From UHGV virus genome UHGV-0209617: a stretch of 64,000 bases of DNA, one strand, 5' to 3'. Below are positions 26,944 through 36,710 of this stretch, piece by piece. The stretch's first letter is position 1. Each line of letters starts with the position of its first letter. The notes beneath the pieces were generated by a model, which did no database searches, was not told the DNA's origin, and worked only from the letters and a program-made list of their open reading frames with translations. Made by a program: the position numbers and the translations under genes. This DNA comes from a virus.

Positions 26944-29266
26944 TTTGAGTATTGCCTATGGGAACGGCAGGACGGCAAAATTCTGGTCGAATAAAACGAT
27001 TCGATTTGATGAATTATGTGACCGCCTGCGCAGTCCTATTTATACTTCGGAAACGGCAGAGGAATATCCGAAACTGCCCAAAGGTCAGCGTGATGATATC
27101 AAGGACAAAGGCGGATTTGTTGCCGGACATTTGCGTGATAACCGCAGACAGGCAAATAAAGTGGTGTGCCGTTCTATGTTGGTGTATGACCTTGACAGCA
27201 TCGAAGCAGAGTTTTTGAAGGACATCGGCAGCAAAATTTCCAACAAGGGATGCTATTACACTACCCACAGCCATACCCCGGAGCATCCGAGGGCGAGAAT
27301 GATTATTCCGGTCAGCCGTGATATGTCTCCGGATGAGTTCAATGCGGCTGCAAGATATTATGCCCAAGATAACGGCTTTATCAGTATGCTTGATCCGTGT
27401 TCGTTTTCTCCACATCAGCTGATGTATTGGCCGACCTGTTCGTCCAATGGAGAATACCTCTTTGACACAATAGACGGTGGCTGGCTTGACCCAGATACGA
27501 TTTTTGCGAAGCATCCTAATTGGAGAGATTGTTCGCTGCTTCCTACCACACCGAAGGAGAGTAAGGCATCCGACCATAATGTAAAACAGCAGAAAGACCC
27601 GCTTGAAAAAGAGGGGGTGGTCGGTCTGTTCAACCGTGTTTATTTCCCTATCAGCACGGCAATTGATGAGTTCCTTCAAGGTGTATATGAGCCGACCGCA
27701 GATACCTCCGGCAGATATGATTTTATCCCCGGCGAGGGTTCTGCGGGTGTTGTAATTTATGATGATAAATTCTCCTACAGCCACCATGCAACTGACCCTG
27801 CAGGCGGTAAACTGTGCAATGCCTTTGACCTTGTCCGCCTTCATAAATTCAGTGAGGACGATGAGAAAAAATCCTATAAGCAGATGTGCGAGTTTGCCAT
27901 GACCCTTGATAAAGTCAAACTGCAGGATCTTGAGGAAAAGAAACAAAGGGCAGCAGATGATTTTTCGGAGAATGCCAACTGGCAGACCAAACTTCGCTAT
28001 ATGCCAAGAAGCAAGTGCCTGGAAAACAGCGTGTGGAATCTGATGCTGATATTAAACAATGACCCGGATTTTGCAAATATTGCCTTCAATGAACTGGTAG
28101 GCAGAGTGCAGATTACGGGTGCCATTCCGTGGACAAGACCCAGTGACAATAAGTTCTGGAGGGATGCGGATACAGCACAGCTGAAGGCACTCATTGACAT
28201 TCGTTATGAAACTTTCTCAAGCAGAAACCATGATGTGGCTTTTACTAAGGTGGTTGAGGACAGACATTTCAATCCCCTTCGTGATTGGCTTGACGCATTG
28301 CCAGAATGGGATGGTGTGGTAAGGCTTGAAAATCTGTATATCGATTTTCTTGGTGCGAATAACACGGTATATGTTAAGGCTGCGACCAGAAAATCCTTTG
28401 TGGCGGCTGTAGCGAGAATTTACGAGCCGGGTACAAAGTTTGATTCGGTTGTTGTATTGGTGGGTCCGCAGGGCTGTGGTAAGTCTACGATTTTTGCAAG
28501 GATGGGAAATGAGTATTATTCCGACAGCTTGAATCTGACGGATATGAAGGACAAGAGCGGTGCGGAGAAACTGCAGGGATACTGGATTTTGGAACTAGGC
28601 GAACTGGCAGGACTCAAAAAAGCGGATGTTGAGGTAGTGAAAGCCTTTGTCAGCCGTACCGATGATATTTACCGCCCTTCCTATGGTAGAACGATTGAAA
28701 GCCACCCAAGGCAGTGCATTATTGTGGGGACAACAAACTCGGAGTCCGGCTTTCTGCGTGATATTACGGGAAACCGCAGATTCTGGCCTATTAAGGTCAC
28801 AGGTGTCAGCAAAAGAAAATCATGGGATATGACTGATGAAGAAGTCCTGCAAATGTGGGCGGAGGCAAAGTACCTGTATGGGCAGGGCGAGCCTTTGTAT
28901 CTGAATTCGCAGGAAAGCAGTGAAGCATTGAGCGAACAGATTGATGCAATGGAAAGCGATGAGCGCCAGGGCATAGTCGAGGAGTACTTAAATACACTTC
29001 TGCCGGATAACTGGAACAGCATGGATCTGTATGAGAGAAGGAATTTTCTGACAGACAGCGCTTCGGCAAAGGGTACGGTACAAAGAAAGACCGTAAGCAA
29101 TGCGGAAATATGGAGCGAGTGTTTTTGCAGAAACTTGTCCGACCTCAAGCCCTCTGACTCCTATGCGATAGCTGCCCTTATGACCAAAGTGGACGGTTGG
29201 CAGAGAACCGACAAAATCAGAAAGCTTGCCATCTATGGAAGGCAGAGGATTTACGAGAGGTTGTGA
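26936..29266 (+). CDS. Primase/helicase-like protein, VirE family (P-loop NTPase)
   Basis: 776 aa; Walker A VVLVGPQGCGKST in the C-terminal half; N-terminal half resembles phage/plasmid primase domains. Confidence 0.7.
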   Translation: MRDLSIAYGNGRTAKFWSNKTIRFDELCDRLRSPIYTSETAEEYPKLPKGQRDDIKDKGGFVAGHLRDNRRQANKVVCRSMLVYDLDSIEAEFLKDIGSKISNKGCYYTTHSHTPEHPRARMIIPVSRDMSPDEFNAAARYYAQDNGFISMLDPCSFSPHQLMYWPTCSSNGEYLFDTIDGGWLDPDTIFAKHPNWRDCSLLPTTPKESKASDHNVKQQKDPLEKEGVVGLFNRVYFPISTAIDEFLQGVYEPTADTSGRYDFIPGEGSAGVVIYDDKFSYSHHATDPAGGKLCNAFDLVRLHKFSEDDEKKSYKQMCEFAMTLDKVKLQDLEEKKQRAADDFSENANWQTKLRYMPRSKCLENSVWNLMLILNNDPDFANIAFNELVGRVQITGAIPWTRPSDNKFWRDADTAQLKALIDIRYETFSSRNHDVAFTKVVEDRHFNPLRDWLDALPEWDGVVRLENLYIDFLGANNTVYVKAATRKSFVAAVARIYEPGTKFDSVVVLVGPQGCGKSTIFARMGNEYYSDSLNLTDMKDKSGAEKLQGYWILELGELAGLKKADVEVVKAFVSRTDDIYRPSYGRTIESHPRQCIIVGTTNSESGFLRDITGNRRFWPIKVTGVSKRKSWDMTDEEVLQMWAEAKYLYGQGEPLYLNSQESSEALSEQIDAMESDERQGIVEEYLNTLLPDNWNSMDLYERRNFLTDSASAKGTVQRKTVSNAEIWSECFCRNLSDLKPSDSYAIAALMTKVDGWQRTDKIRKLAIYGRQRIYERL

Positions 29267-29487
29267 TTCTATCCTCTTGTGTTTCCAGCAGAAGTTGTGA
29301 ACCGTAAAAAAGCCATTAAAACAGGCACTTCCAAGCACCAACTGACACAAGTATCACAAGAATTTCTATATTAAATGAAATCTATTATATAGAGAATATC
29401 GTAAGCGTGTATACGCACATACACACGTATAGGATTTTTCCGAAACTGTTGTGTCAGTTGTGTCTTGTGAATTTTAGGAGGAATGGA

Positions 29488-29772
29488 ATGCGAGAAAAAA
29501 CGATTGAACAGAAACTTGTAACGGCAGTAAAAAAGCATGGCGGGATTTGTCCGAAGTTTGTATCTCCCGGCTTCGATGGAATGCCAGACCGTTTATTGCT
29601 TTTACCACATGGCAGGTTTGCCTTTGTGGAAGTCAAAGCACCGGGAGAAAAACCAAGACCACTGCAATTGGCAAGACACCGACTCCTTCACCGTTTGGGA
29701 CTTATGGTATATGTCCTGGACAGCGAAGGACAGATTGGGGGGATAATAGATGAAATTATCAATTCAATGTGA
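29488..29772 (+). CDS. VRR-NUC domain nuclease
   Basis: ATG 29488 with GGAGG upstream; GMPDRLLLLPHGRFAFVEVKAPGEKPRPLQ matches the VRR-NUC pattern. Confidence 0.55.
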   Translation: MREKTIEQKLVTAVKKHGGICPKFVSPGFDGMPDRLLLLPHGRFAFVEVKAPGEKPRPLQLARHRLLHRLGLMVYVLDSEGQIGGIIDEIINSM

Positions 29773-30259
29773 TTGGTGCGGGAAAGAATTTGTAAGAGAT
29801 TCTTCCAAATTGAAAGGTAAAAAGCATCACTTTTGTTGCAGACAGTGTCTTGCCGATTTTAGCAATAAGGCAAAGAATCCTAGTGGGTATGCCTCCTTGA
29901 AGGACTTTACAAATATCAGCAAAAATATGACACAGATTAATGAGCGTATGAATCCAAGCAGGATGATGAAGAAAACGAGAAAAAAACTGAGAGAGGCTCA
30001 TCTTGGAAAAGGAGAATGCACTGGGTATTCAAAAATCTACAGTAGGCTTGCACATCGTGTAATTGCAGAGAAAATGTTAGGCAGACCACTTAAACCAGAG
30101 GAAGTAGTGCATCACAGGGATGGAAACAGGTATAACAATATTCCAGAAAACTTGGTCGTGTTCCCTTCGGTTAGTGAGCATTCAAGATTTCATAACGAGT
30201 TTAGATGGTTTCTGCGAGAGTTGGAGAGATTGGAGATGGAGAATGTTGAAACGAAGTGA
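29750..30259 (+). CDS. HNH endonuclease
   Basis: N-terminal zinc-binding CDWCG..CCRQC; HNH core VVHHRDGNRYNNIPENLVVFPSVSEHSRFH. Confidence 0.7.
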   Translation: MKLSIQCDWCGKEFVRDSSKLKGKKHHFCCRQCLADFSNKAKNPSGYASLKDFTNISKNMTQINERMNPSRMMKKTRKKLREAHLGKGECTGYSKIYSRLAHRVIAEKMLGRPLKPEEVVHHRDGNRYNNIPENLVVFPSVSEHSRFHNEFRWFLRELERLEMENVETK

Positions 30260-31625
30260 CCTGCATTATTATCAATCATATTGTGTGGAATACATTAAGC
30301 AAAATCACACTGCTGCAGTTTTATTGGATTGTGGATTAGGAAAAACTTCAATAACTTTGACGGCTCTTGCCGATTTGCTGTTTGACAGCTTCGAGATTCA
30401 TAAGGTTTTGGTTATCGCACCTCTTCGAGTGGCTTCTGTAACATGGAGCGCGGAGATTGAAAAATGGGAGCATTTGAAAATTCTAAAGTATTCCGTGGCA
30501 GTGGGTACCGAAGCAGAAAGGCTGGCGGCACTGAATGCACAGGCAGATATTTATATCATAAACCGAGAAAACGTGCAGTGGCTGATTGAGAAAAGTGGTA
30601 TTCCCTTTGATTTTGATATGCTTGTTGTCGATGAACTGTCAAGTTTCAAGAACCACCAGTCCAAGCGATTCAAGGCACTGATGAAGGTAAGACCAAAAGT
30701 AAAAAGAGCCGTGGGTCTGACAGGTACTCCTTTCAGCAACGGTTTAATGGATTTATTCGCAGAATTTAAACTGCTGGATATGGGAGCAAGGCTTGGCAGA
30801 TTTATCGGTCAATACCGAAATGCCTACTTCTCCCCGGATAAGCGAAACGGTCAGATTATTTACAGTTATAAGCCACTGCCGGATGCTGAACAGCAGATTT
30901 ATGAGAAAATCTCCGATATTACGATTTCCATGAAATCCACGGACCATTTGAAAATGCCGGAGCTGATCAACACGCAGTATGAAGTGGTGCTTTCCAACAA
31001 GGAGCAGGAAAAGTACGAGGAGCTTAAAAAGGATCTGGTGCTGCAGCTTCCAAACGGAGAAATCACAGCCGCCAATGCTGCAAGTCTTACCGGAAAACTG
31101 TCACAGATGGCAAATGGTGCGGTGTATGGGGATGATGAGAAAGTTCTGGAGATACACGAAAAGAAGCTGGATGCTTTGGAGGATATCATTGAAGCCGCAA
31201 ATGGGAAACCGATACTGGTGGCATATTGGTTTAAGCACGATTTGGAACGCATCTGCAGACGGCTGGAGGAACTGAAGGTGGAGTATGCCAGAATATCTTC
31301 TCCCGGCAGTATCGAAATGTGGAACAGAGGTGAGTTTGCAGTAGGTCTTATCCATCCCGCATCAGCTGGTCACGGCTTGAATTTGCAGGCTGGAGGAAGT
31401 ACACTGATATGGTATGGCTTAACCTGGAGCCTTGAACTTTACCAGCAGACCAATGCGAGGCTCTATCGCCAGGGACAGAAGGATACGGTGGTCATTCAGC
31501 ACATCGTGGCTGAAGGCACCATTGATGAAAGAGTCCTTGCTGCTCTTGAAGCAAAGGATAAAACACAGTCAGCACTCATGGATGCCGTGAAAGCTGAACT
31601 TGGAGGTGATGGCTGTGTCGGATAA
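30243..31625 (+). CDS. SNF2/DEAD-like helicase
   Basis: ATG 30243 after GGAGATGGAGA; motif I LDCGLGKTSITL; motif II MLVVDELSSFKN; helicase C-terminal motifs. Confidence 0.8.
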   Translation: MLKRSDLHYYQSYCVEYIKQNHTAAVLLDCGLGKTSITLTALADLLFDSFEIHKVLVIAPLRVASVTWSAEIEKWEHLKILKYSVAVGTEAERLAALNAQADIYIINRENVQWLIEKSGIPFDFDMLVVDELSSFKNHQSKRFKALMKVRPKVKRAVGLTGTPFSNGLMDLFAEFKLLDMGARLGRFIGQYRNAYFSPDKRNGQIIYSYKPLPDAEQQIYEKISDITISMKSTDHLKMPELINTQYEVVLSNKEQEKYEELKKDLVLQLPNGEITAANAASLTGKLSQMANGAVYGDDEKVLEIHEKKLDALEDIIEAANGKPILVAYWFKHDLERICRRLEELKVEYARISSPGSIEMWNRGEFAVGLIHPASAGHGLNLQAGGSTLIWYGLTWSLELYQQTNARLYRQGQKDTVVIQHIVAEGTIDERVLAALEAKDKTQSALMDAVKAELGGDGCVG

Positions 31626-31839
31626 AGGTATAGAAAATCTCCGTAATGCTATCATCCTTCAGGCAGTAAATGATTTGAAGAGAGCGTACAGAAACCTAAA
31701 GAGGAATCCAGACAGCGTACAGCTGAAGGCTGCTGCAGAATACGAGGAGAGGTTCTTCAGTTCCAAATGGTACAAGACCCTTACCACGATTGATGGCAGT
31801 ATGGTGGTAGCCCATGTAAGAGAGGAGGCAGGCTTATGA
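31609..31839 (+). CDS. Hypothetical small protein
   Basis: Tightly packed between helicase and the next gene; no motif. Confidence 0.3.
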   Translation: MAVSDKGIENLRNAIILQAVNDLKRAYRNLKRNPDSVQLKAAAEYEERFFSSKWYKTLTTIDGSMVVAHVREEAGL

Positions 31840-32279
31840 CAGCAAAAGAATACTTGAGTCAGGCATTCCTGCTGAACGAACAGATAAACACAAAGCTTGA
31901 GCAGGTCAGTGCCTTGAGGCATCTTGCCACAAAGACCTGCACACCTATAAACGATATGCCGGGTTCTCCAACAAAGCGTGTTGATGGAATGGAGGAAACC
32001 ATAATCAAGATGGTTACCTTAGAGAATGAAATCAATGCAGACATCGATAAGCTGGTGGATTTGAAGGTTGAAATAACACGGCTCATCAACAAGGTGAGCA
32101 AGGTTGAATGCAGACTGCTCCTGGAGAAAAGATATCTCTGCATGGAAGCATGGGAGGTTATAGCAGCGGGGCTTAATTACAACCTGAGGTATATCCACAA
32201 ACTGCACAGCAAAGCATTATCTTCTTTTGATGAAGTCATGGCAGAATATAAAGTAGACACCAAAGGGCACTATTTGTGA
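31836..32279 (+). CDS. Putative phage late transcriptional activator (ArpU/DUF1492-like, sigma region 4-like)
   Basis: 147 aa; C-terminal RYLCMEAWEVIAAGLNYNLRYIHKLHSKAL is HTH-like; position just upstream of the packaging genes. Confidence 0.45.
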   Translation: MTAKEYLSQAFLLNEQINTKLEQVSALRHLATKTCTPINDMPGSPTKRVDGMEETIIKMVTLENEINADIDKLVDLKVEITRLINKVSKVECRLLLEKRYLCMEAWEVIAAGLNYNLRYIHKLHSKALSSFDEVMAEYKVDTKGHYL

Positions 32280-32382
32280 CTGCCAAACTATAGTATAATG
32301 TAAACTGTGAAAAGAATATAATCATAGAGCCATTGGAGAGCAATCTTCGATGGCTTTTCTTATGCCCGAAAGAGGTGAAGCC

Positions 32383-32754
32383 ATGCCAAGGAAACCAAAG
32401 CGTCCCTGCAGATACAGCGGATGCCCGAAGCTGACAGAAGGATACTATTGCGATGAACATCAGAAGCTAATGGACAGGCAGTACGATAAATACCGCCGCC
32501 CGGCTGAAGCCAAGAAAAGGTATGGCTATCAGTGGAGAAAGATAAGAGCTGCGGTACTGGCAAGAGAGCCGTTCTGTCTGGAGTGCCGAAAGGCTGGAAG
32601 AATAACCAAGGCCACAGAGGTGCATCATGCTGTGCCATTAGACCACGGCGGTACCAACGAGGATAGTAATTTGATACCGCTCTGCAAGCCGTGTCACTCC
32701 CGCATAACTGTGGAGATGGGGGATAGATGGCATAAGAAAAAGCTGCCCATATGA
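32383..32754 (+). CDS. HNH endonuclease (packaging-associated)
   Basis: ATG 32383 with AGAGGTGA upstream; HNH core EVHHAVPLDHGGTNEDSNLIPLCKPCHSRI. Confidence 0.7.
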   Translation: MPRKPKRPCRYSGCPKLTEGYYCDEHQKLMDRQYDKYRRPAEAKKRYGYQWRKIRAAVLAREPFCLECRKAGRITKATEVHHAVPLDHGGTNEDSNLIPLCKPCHSRITVEMGDRWHKKKLPI

Positions 32755-32835
32755 GCAGCTTAAAATAAATCGGAATGGCTTCCTGTGCGAGATAGAAAGA
32801 GCATTAAATCATTACCATCAATTCGATAGATGATA

Positions 32836-33117
32836 TTAAGCATCACCTAATACCTCGTTGCGTAATTCCTTGAATGAAGAATAACGTTTATACTTTTCCG
32901 GATTAGCTTTCATTGTATAGTATTCATTCATGGCATCGAGTGTTTCCGGATTAGGTACTGAACGCTTGATGTCGAAGGGAATGCGCTGTTCACGAACAGC
33001 CTGCCGAAGGAATATTGTGACAGCTGTAGTCAAATCCATACCAAGGTCTGAAAAAAGACTTTGTGCATTGAGCTTCAACTGAGGGTCTAATGCTATGTTT
33101 GTACTTACTTTAGCCAT
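32836..33117 (-). CDS. RelB/DinJ family antitoxin-like protein (orphan)
   Basis: ATG at 33117 with TAGGAGGTG upstream; MAKVSTNIALDPQLKLNAQSLFSDLGMDLTTAVTIFLRQAVREQRIPF is the RelB/DinJ ribbon-helix-helix signature; no toxin ORF in the 80 bp downstream. Confidence 0.65.
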   Translation of the reverse strand: MAKVSTNIALDPQLKLNAQSLFSDLGMDLTTAVTIFLRQAVREQRIPFDIKRSVPNPETLDAMNEYYTMKANPEKYKRYSSFKELRNEVLGDA

Positions 33118-33309
33118 ATCTATGCACCTCCTATTAAGGTTAATTGTAGCATAATATGTGCAAAAAGAAAGCATGACATGCGCATGATAAGCATAAAAAT
33201 AACGGGAGGGGGTGTCTGATTCTCTACAGATGTACAAATGTAGACCGGGGGGCTCCCTTCACGCGCAAAAAAGGCGATTTCAAAAGGGTAAAAGAAGGGA
33301 GGAGTTGGA

Positions 33310-33861
33310 TTGCCAACAAAATCCAACAACACCGGCGGCCGTGGAGGTAAAAGACTAGGTGCCGGACGCAAGAAAAAAGCACTGGCAGACAAGCTGGAAA
33401 CAAATAATCCAGGTGGCCGCCCGCTGGTGGTTTTAGACATACCAGAATTTGAAGGAATGGATATGCCACCGCCCAGGGAATTTCTATCCGCCCAGCAGCG
33501 TGATGGAAGTGACCTGCAAGCAAATGAGATATATGAGGAAACATGGGAGTGGCTGAAGAAAATCGGCATGGCAGGAAAGGTAAGCAAGCAGCTTCTTGAA
33601 CGCTATGCAATGTGCGCTGCCCGCTGGGTGCAGTGCGAGGAAATGACCAGCCGAATGGGTATGCTTTCTAAGCACCCTACAACGGGAAAACCTATCCCAA
33701 GTCCATTCATAAACATCGGGATAAACTACATGAATCAGGCTAACAGGCTGTGGGGAGAAATCTTCCAGCTTGTTAAGGAGAACTGCTCGACAGGCTATGA
33801 GGGAGCCAATCCAACAGACGATGTGATGGAGCGGCTGCTCAGAGCAAGGAGCGGAAGGTAA
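33310..33861 (+). CDS. Terminase small subunit (P27-like)
   Basis: TTG start after GGGAGGAG; Gly/Arg/Lys-rich N-terminus GGRGGKRLGAGRKKK; precedes the packaging region. Confidence 0.55.
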   Translation: MPTKSNNTGGRGGKRLGAGRKKKALADKLETNNPGGRPLVVLDIPEFEGMDMPPPREFLSAQQRDGSDLQANEIYEETWEWLKKIGMAGKVSKQLLERYAMCAARWVQCEEMTSRMGMLSKHPTTGKPIPSPFINIGINYMNQANRLWGEIFQLVKENCSTGYEGANPTDDVMERLLRARSGR

Positions 33862-33906
33862 TATGCTAGTGCAGAATTGTACTGGCTATTTTTTATGGAG
33901 GCAGCA

Positions 33907-35184
33907 ATGGCGAATACAGAACGATTTGAAAAAGTACATATAGACAAGCTGGTGCCCTATGCCAGAAATGCCAGGACACACAGCAAGGAGCAGGTCATGG
34001 AACTGAGAGCGTCCTTAAGGGAGTTCGGATTCGTTACTCCCGTCCTGGTAGATGAAAACTATACAATCCTCGCGGGGCACGGACGTGTCAGGGCTGCAAA
34101 GGAAGAAGGCATTACCGAGGTGCCATGTGTATTTGCGAACCAGCTGACGGATGCACAGAAGAAAGCCTATATCCTAGCAGATAACCGTCTTGCGCTTAAT
34201 GCGGGATGGGATAACGAGATGCTGGCAGTTGAACTGGCTGATCTGCAGGGCGAGGCTTTTGATATCGGCCTTTTGGGATTTGATGACAAGGAGCTGGAGA
34301 AGCTCCTTGGCAATAACGATGAGGCAGAGGATGATGATTTCGATGTTGATGCCGAACTTCAAAAACCATGCTTCAGCCGCCCAGGAGATATCTGGAAACT
34401 CGGCAGGCACAAGGTTATCTGTGGTGACAGCACTGACCCGAATGTTTACACTTCTCTTCTTGGAGATGTGAAAGTAAACCTAGTCTGCACTGACCCGCCG
34501 TATTTTGTAGCCTTCGAGAATAAATCAGGGAAAATCCAGAATGACAATCTGGGTGATGAGGAAGGATATAAATTCCTCAAATCCGCTATGGATAATTTCC
34601 ATAATGCTATGGCAAAGGATGCCAGCATTTATGTGTTTTATGCTACATCCAAAGCCAGGGTATTCCATGATGCTTTTGAGGATGCAGGGTTTAAGGTTGG
34701 AGCAGGACTTGTCTGGAAGAAGGATCGCCTGGTGCTGACCCGCACGGATTGGAAGTACATCCATGAGCCAATTATCTTCGGCTGGCGTAAGGACGGAAAG
34801 CATATCTGGTACGGAGATCAGAAGCAGACTACTGTATTTGAGTTTTCCCGTATCAAGGATTCTGGCAAGGATGGATACGGTCATCCTACCAGCAAGCCTG
34901 TACCTCTCATTGCTTATCTCATTAAGCAGTGCACCCAGACTAACGGTATTGTGCTGGATGGCTTCTTGGGTTCTGCCAGCACCCTTATTGCCTGTGAGCA
35001 GCTTGAAAGAAACTGTTATGGCGTAGAGCTTGAGCCGAAGTTCGTGGATGTGGCTGTAAACAGATACATCGCAGCCCATGATGGCTCCGCCCAGGATGTT
35101 GTCCTTATCCGAGATGGAAAAGAATACAGCTACGAAGAGTCCCAAGCGATGATGGAGGATAGTGCTGAAAATGACGAACAATAA
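33907..35184 (+). CDS. ParB-like nuclease domain fused to DNA methyltransferase (beta class, N4/N6)
   Basis: ATG 33907 with GGAGG upstream; ParB-like N-terminus ILAGHGRVRAAKEEG; methyltransferase motifs CTDPPY and GHPTSKP. Confidence 0.8.
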   Translation: MANTERFEKVHIDKLVPYARNARTHSKEQVMELRASLREFGFVTPVLVDENYTILAGHGRVRAAKEEGITEVPCVFANQLTDAQKKAYILADNRLALNAGWDNEMLAVELADLQGEAFDIGLLGFDDKELEKLLGNNDEAEDDDFDVDAELQKPCFSRPGDIWKLGRHKVICGDSTDPNVYTSLLGDVKVNLVCTDPPYFVAFENKSGKIQNDNLGDEEGYKFLKSAMDNFHNAMAKDASIYVFYATSKARVFHDAFEDAGFKVGAGLVWKKDRLVLTRTDWKYIHEPIIFGWRKDGKHIWYGDQKQTTVFEFSRIKDSGKDGYGHPTSKPVPLIAYLIKQCTQTNGIVLDGFLGSASTLIACEQLERNCYGVELEPKFVDVAVNRYIAAHDGSAQDVVLIRDGKEYSYEESQAMMEDSAENDEQ

Positions 35185-35261
35185 CGGAGTCGATACTTTA
35201 ATCGTTTAAAGTCGAGCCACTAGCTGGTGTGAAAGTCAAAGTATACAGTATCTTCTGCCCT

Positions 35262-35289
35262 AAGAGAGAAAAAGCCGCCCGCAGGCGGC
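35262..35289 (-). terminator. Intrinsic terminator for the minus-strand gene at 35304-35477
   Basis: GCCGCC..GGCGGC hairpin followed on the minus strand by TTTTTCTCTCT. Confidence 0.5.
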
Positions 35290-35303
35290 AGGGAGAAGAT
35301 GAG

Positions 35304-35477
35304 TTATTCTCCGTAGAGAATGAACTTCACATAAGCGGCACGGTCTTCCTCAATGAAGCATACCAGCTCGTAGTAGTGGCTTTCAAAGGCCAGCCGCTGT
35401 ACATAATTGGTATCAAGCATATTGGTCTTGCCGGTGTCCCTGATTGCCAGAATCTGTTCCTTGATTTTCTCTGTCAT
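35304..35477 (-). CDS. Small conserved phage protein (DUF5049-like)
   Basis: 57 aa from ATG 35477 with AAAGGAGG upstream (MTEKIKEQILAIRDTGKTNMLDTNYVQRLAF..); preferred over the overlapping plus-strand ORF 35229-35480. Confidence 0.45.
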   Translation of the reverse strand: MTEKIKEQILAIRDTGKTNMLDTNYVQRLAFESHYYELVCFIEEDRAAYVKFILYGE

Positions 35478-35653
35478 TGAAATGACCTCCTTTGTTTTTG
35501 GTATGTACATATATCACTCTAAAGAGGACAAATAGCAAGTCATTTCTTTGGAATATGTAATAAATATTTTTACAAAAAATATCTACAAAACCCTTGCTAT
35601 TACTGGCGTTTAGAGTGATTAATGTAGTACCGAAATTAAAGGAGGCAAACAAA

Positions 35654-36355
35654 ATGATTTACAAGCTGAAAATGGAAAACGGCACCCGCAAGGAGCTGGC
35701 AAAGGAAATCGGAAAGATTATCGCCCAGGAAGCAAAGTACATGGGAGTTCCAAGCTGCGGCTACAGGATCGGGGACATGGTCTTGGATAAGGATTGGAAC
35801 CTTGAGGTTCCGGATGGCATGGATGCGCGGGAGCTTCTGATGGCACTAACAGACCTTGGCTTCTACGAGCCGAAGGAAGAAATACCCGCAAAGACAGAAG
35901 AAGAGCCAACACAGGCGGCCACAGCCCCTCTTACGGGTCTTGTGGTAAAGATTCCGCTGAGTGCCATGACCACGGAAGCAATCATAAACCTTACGGATTT
36001 GCTTATCGCAAAGGACAAGCTGCTCTGCCACGCATTTGGCATAGAAAGCCTTGACCTTATCCGAAACGAGGAGAACATAGAGTTCAGATGGTTTGAAGGG
36101 ATGGATATCGGAGCGGAGGAAGCCAATGCTTACATGACCTTTATTTCCAAGCTCTGCGATTTGGCAAGAACCCTCAAGAGGGTAAACGGTAAGGAAAAAG
36201 AAGTGCCGAATGAGAAATACGCCTTCAGATGTTTCCTGCTGAGACTTGGCTTTGTCGGCAAGGAATACAAGGAGCAGAGAAAAATCCTTTTAAGTAAGCT
36301 CAGCGGTTCATCCGCATTCAGGGATGGGAGGAAAAAAGATGAAGTATCCGAATAA
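35654..36355 (+). CDS. Hypothetical protein sharing a ~40 aa C-terminal module with the amidoligase
   Basis: ATG 35654 with GGAGG upstream; C-terminus NEKYAFRCFLLRLGFVGKEYKEQRKILLSKLSGSSAFR aligns with amidoligase C-terminus [38 protein letters not shown]. Confidence 0.5.
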   Translation: MIYKLKMENGTRKELAKEIGKIIAQEAKYMGVPSCGYRIGDMVLDKDWNLEVPDGMDARELLMALTDLGFYEPKEEIPAKTEEEPTQAATAPLTGLVVKIPLSAMTTEAIINLTDLLIAKDKLLCHAFGIESLDLIRNEENIEFRWFEGMDIGAEEANAYMTFISKLCDLARTLKRVNGKEKEVPNEKYAFRCFLLRLGFVGKEYKEQRKILLSKLSGSSAFRDGRKKDEVSE

Positions 36356-36557
36356 GGAATTGCTGGAAAGTCTCAGAAAGGAATACCCAAATGGGTGCAG
36401 GGTGGAGCTGGTGCAGATGGATGATGCACAGGCACCGCCGCCCGGCACGAAGGGAACGGTAAAGCACGTGGATGATATCGGCACCATCCATATCAGCTGG
36501 GATACCGGCTCAGGACTTGGGGCGGTTTACGGTGAAGATATCATCAGAAAGGTCTAA
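36339..36557 (+). CDS. Small phage protein (DUF4314-like)
   Basis: 72 aa from ATG 36339 with GGGAGG upstream; pattern GTKGTVKHVDDIGTIHISWDTGSGL. Confidence 0.4.
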   Translation: MKYPNKELLESLRKEYPNGCRVELVQMDDAQAPPPGTKGTVKHVDDIGTIHISWDTGSGLGAVYGEDIIRKV

Positions 36558-36632
36558 TGGAAAGGCGGGGATAAAACCCCGCCAGCCCAGTAAAATAGTG
36601 TAAAAATAATCCATAAATCTCGCATAAATGAC

Positions 36633-36661
36633 TTGATAATAATACAGATGTACGGTAATAT
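36633..36661 (+). promoter_or_regulatory. Consensus-like sigma-A promoter, copy 1 of a duplicated ~48 bp element
   Basis: -35 TTGATA, 17 nt spacer, -10 TAATAT, then ACACACAAC(A/G)AAAGGG; near-identical copy at 38201-38229. Confidence 0.5.
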
Positions 36662-36710
36662 ACACACAACAAAAGGGAACACCCCACCAAGAGAAAGCGA
36701 GGAAAACAAA

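Noticed and set aside
27014-27946. 310 aa ORF on the minus strand
   Set aside because: Lies entirely antisense within the primase/VirE gene (26936-29266), which has clear motifs and matching operon orientation; no RBS; likely a chance open frame.
34525-35181. 218 aa minus-strand ORF
   Set aside because: Antisense within the ParB-methyltransferase gene, which has DPPY and HPTSKP motifs.
35229-35480. 83 aa plus-strand ORF
   Set aside because: Overlaps a better-supported minus-strand gene (35304-35477) with an AAAGGAGG RBS and its own terminator; the plus-strand frame has no RBS.
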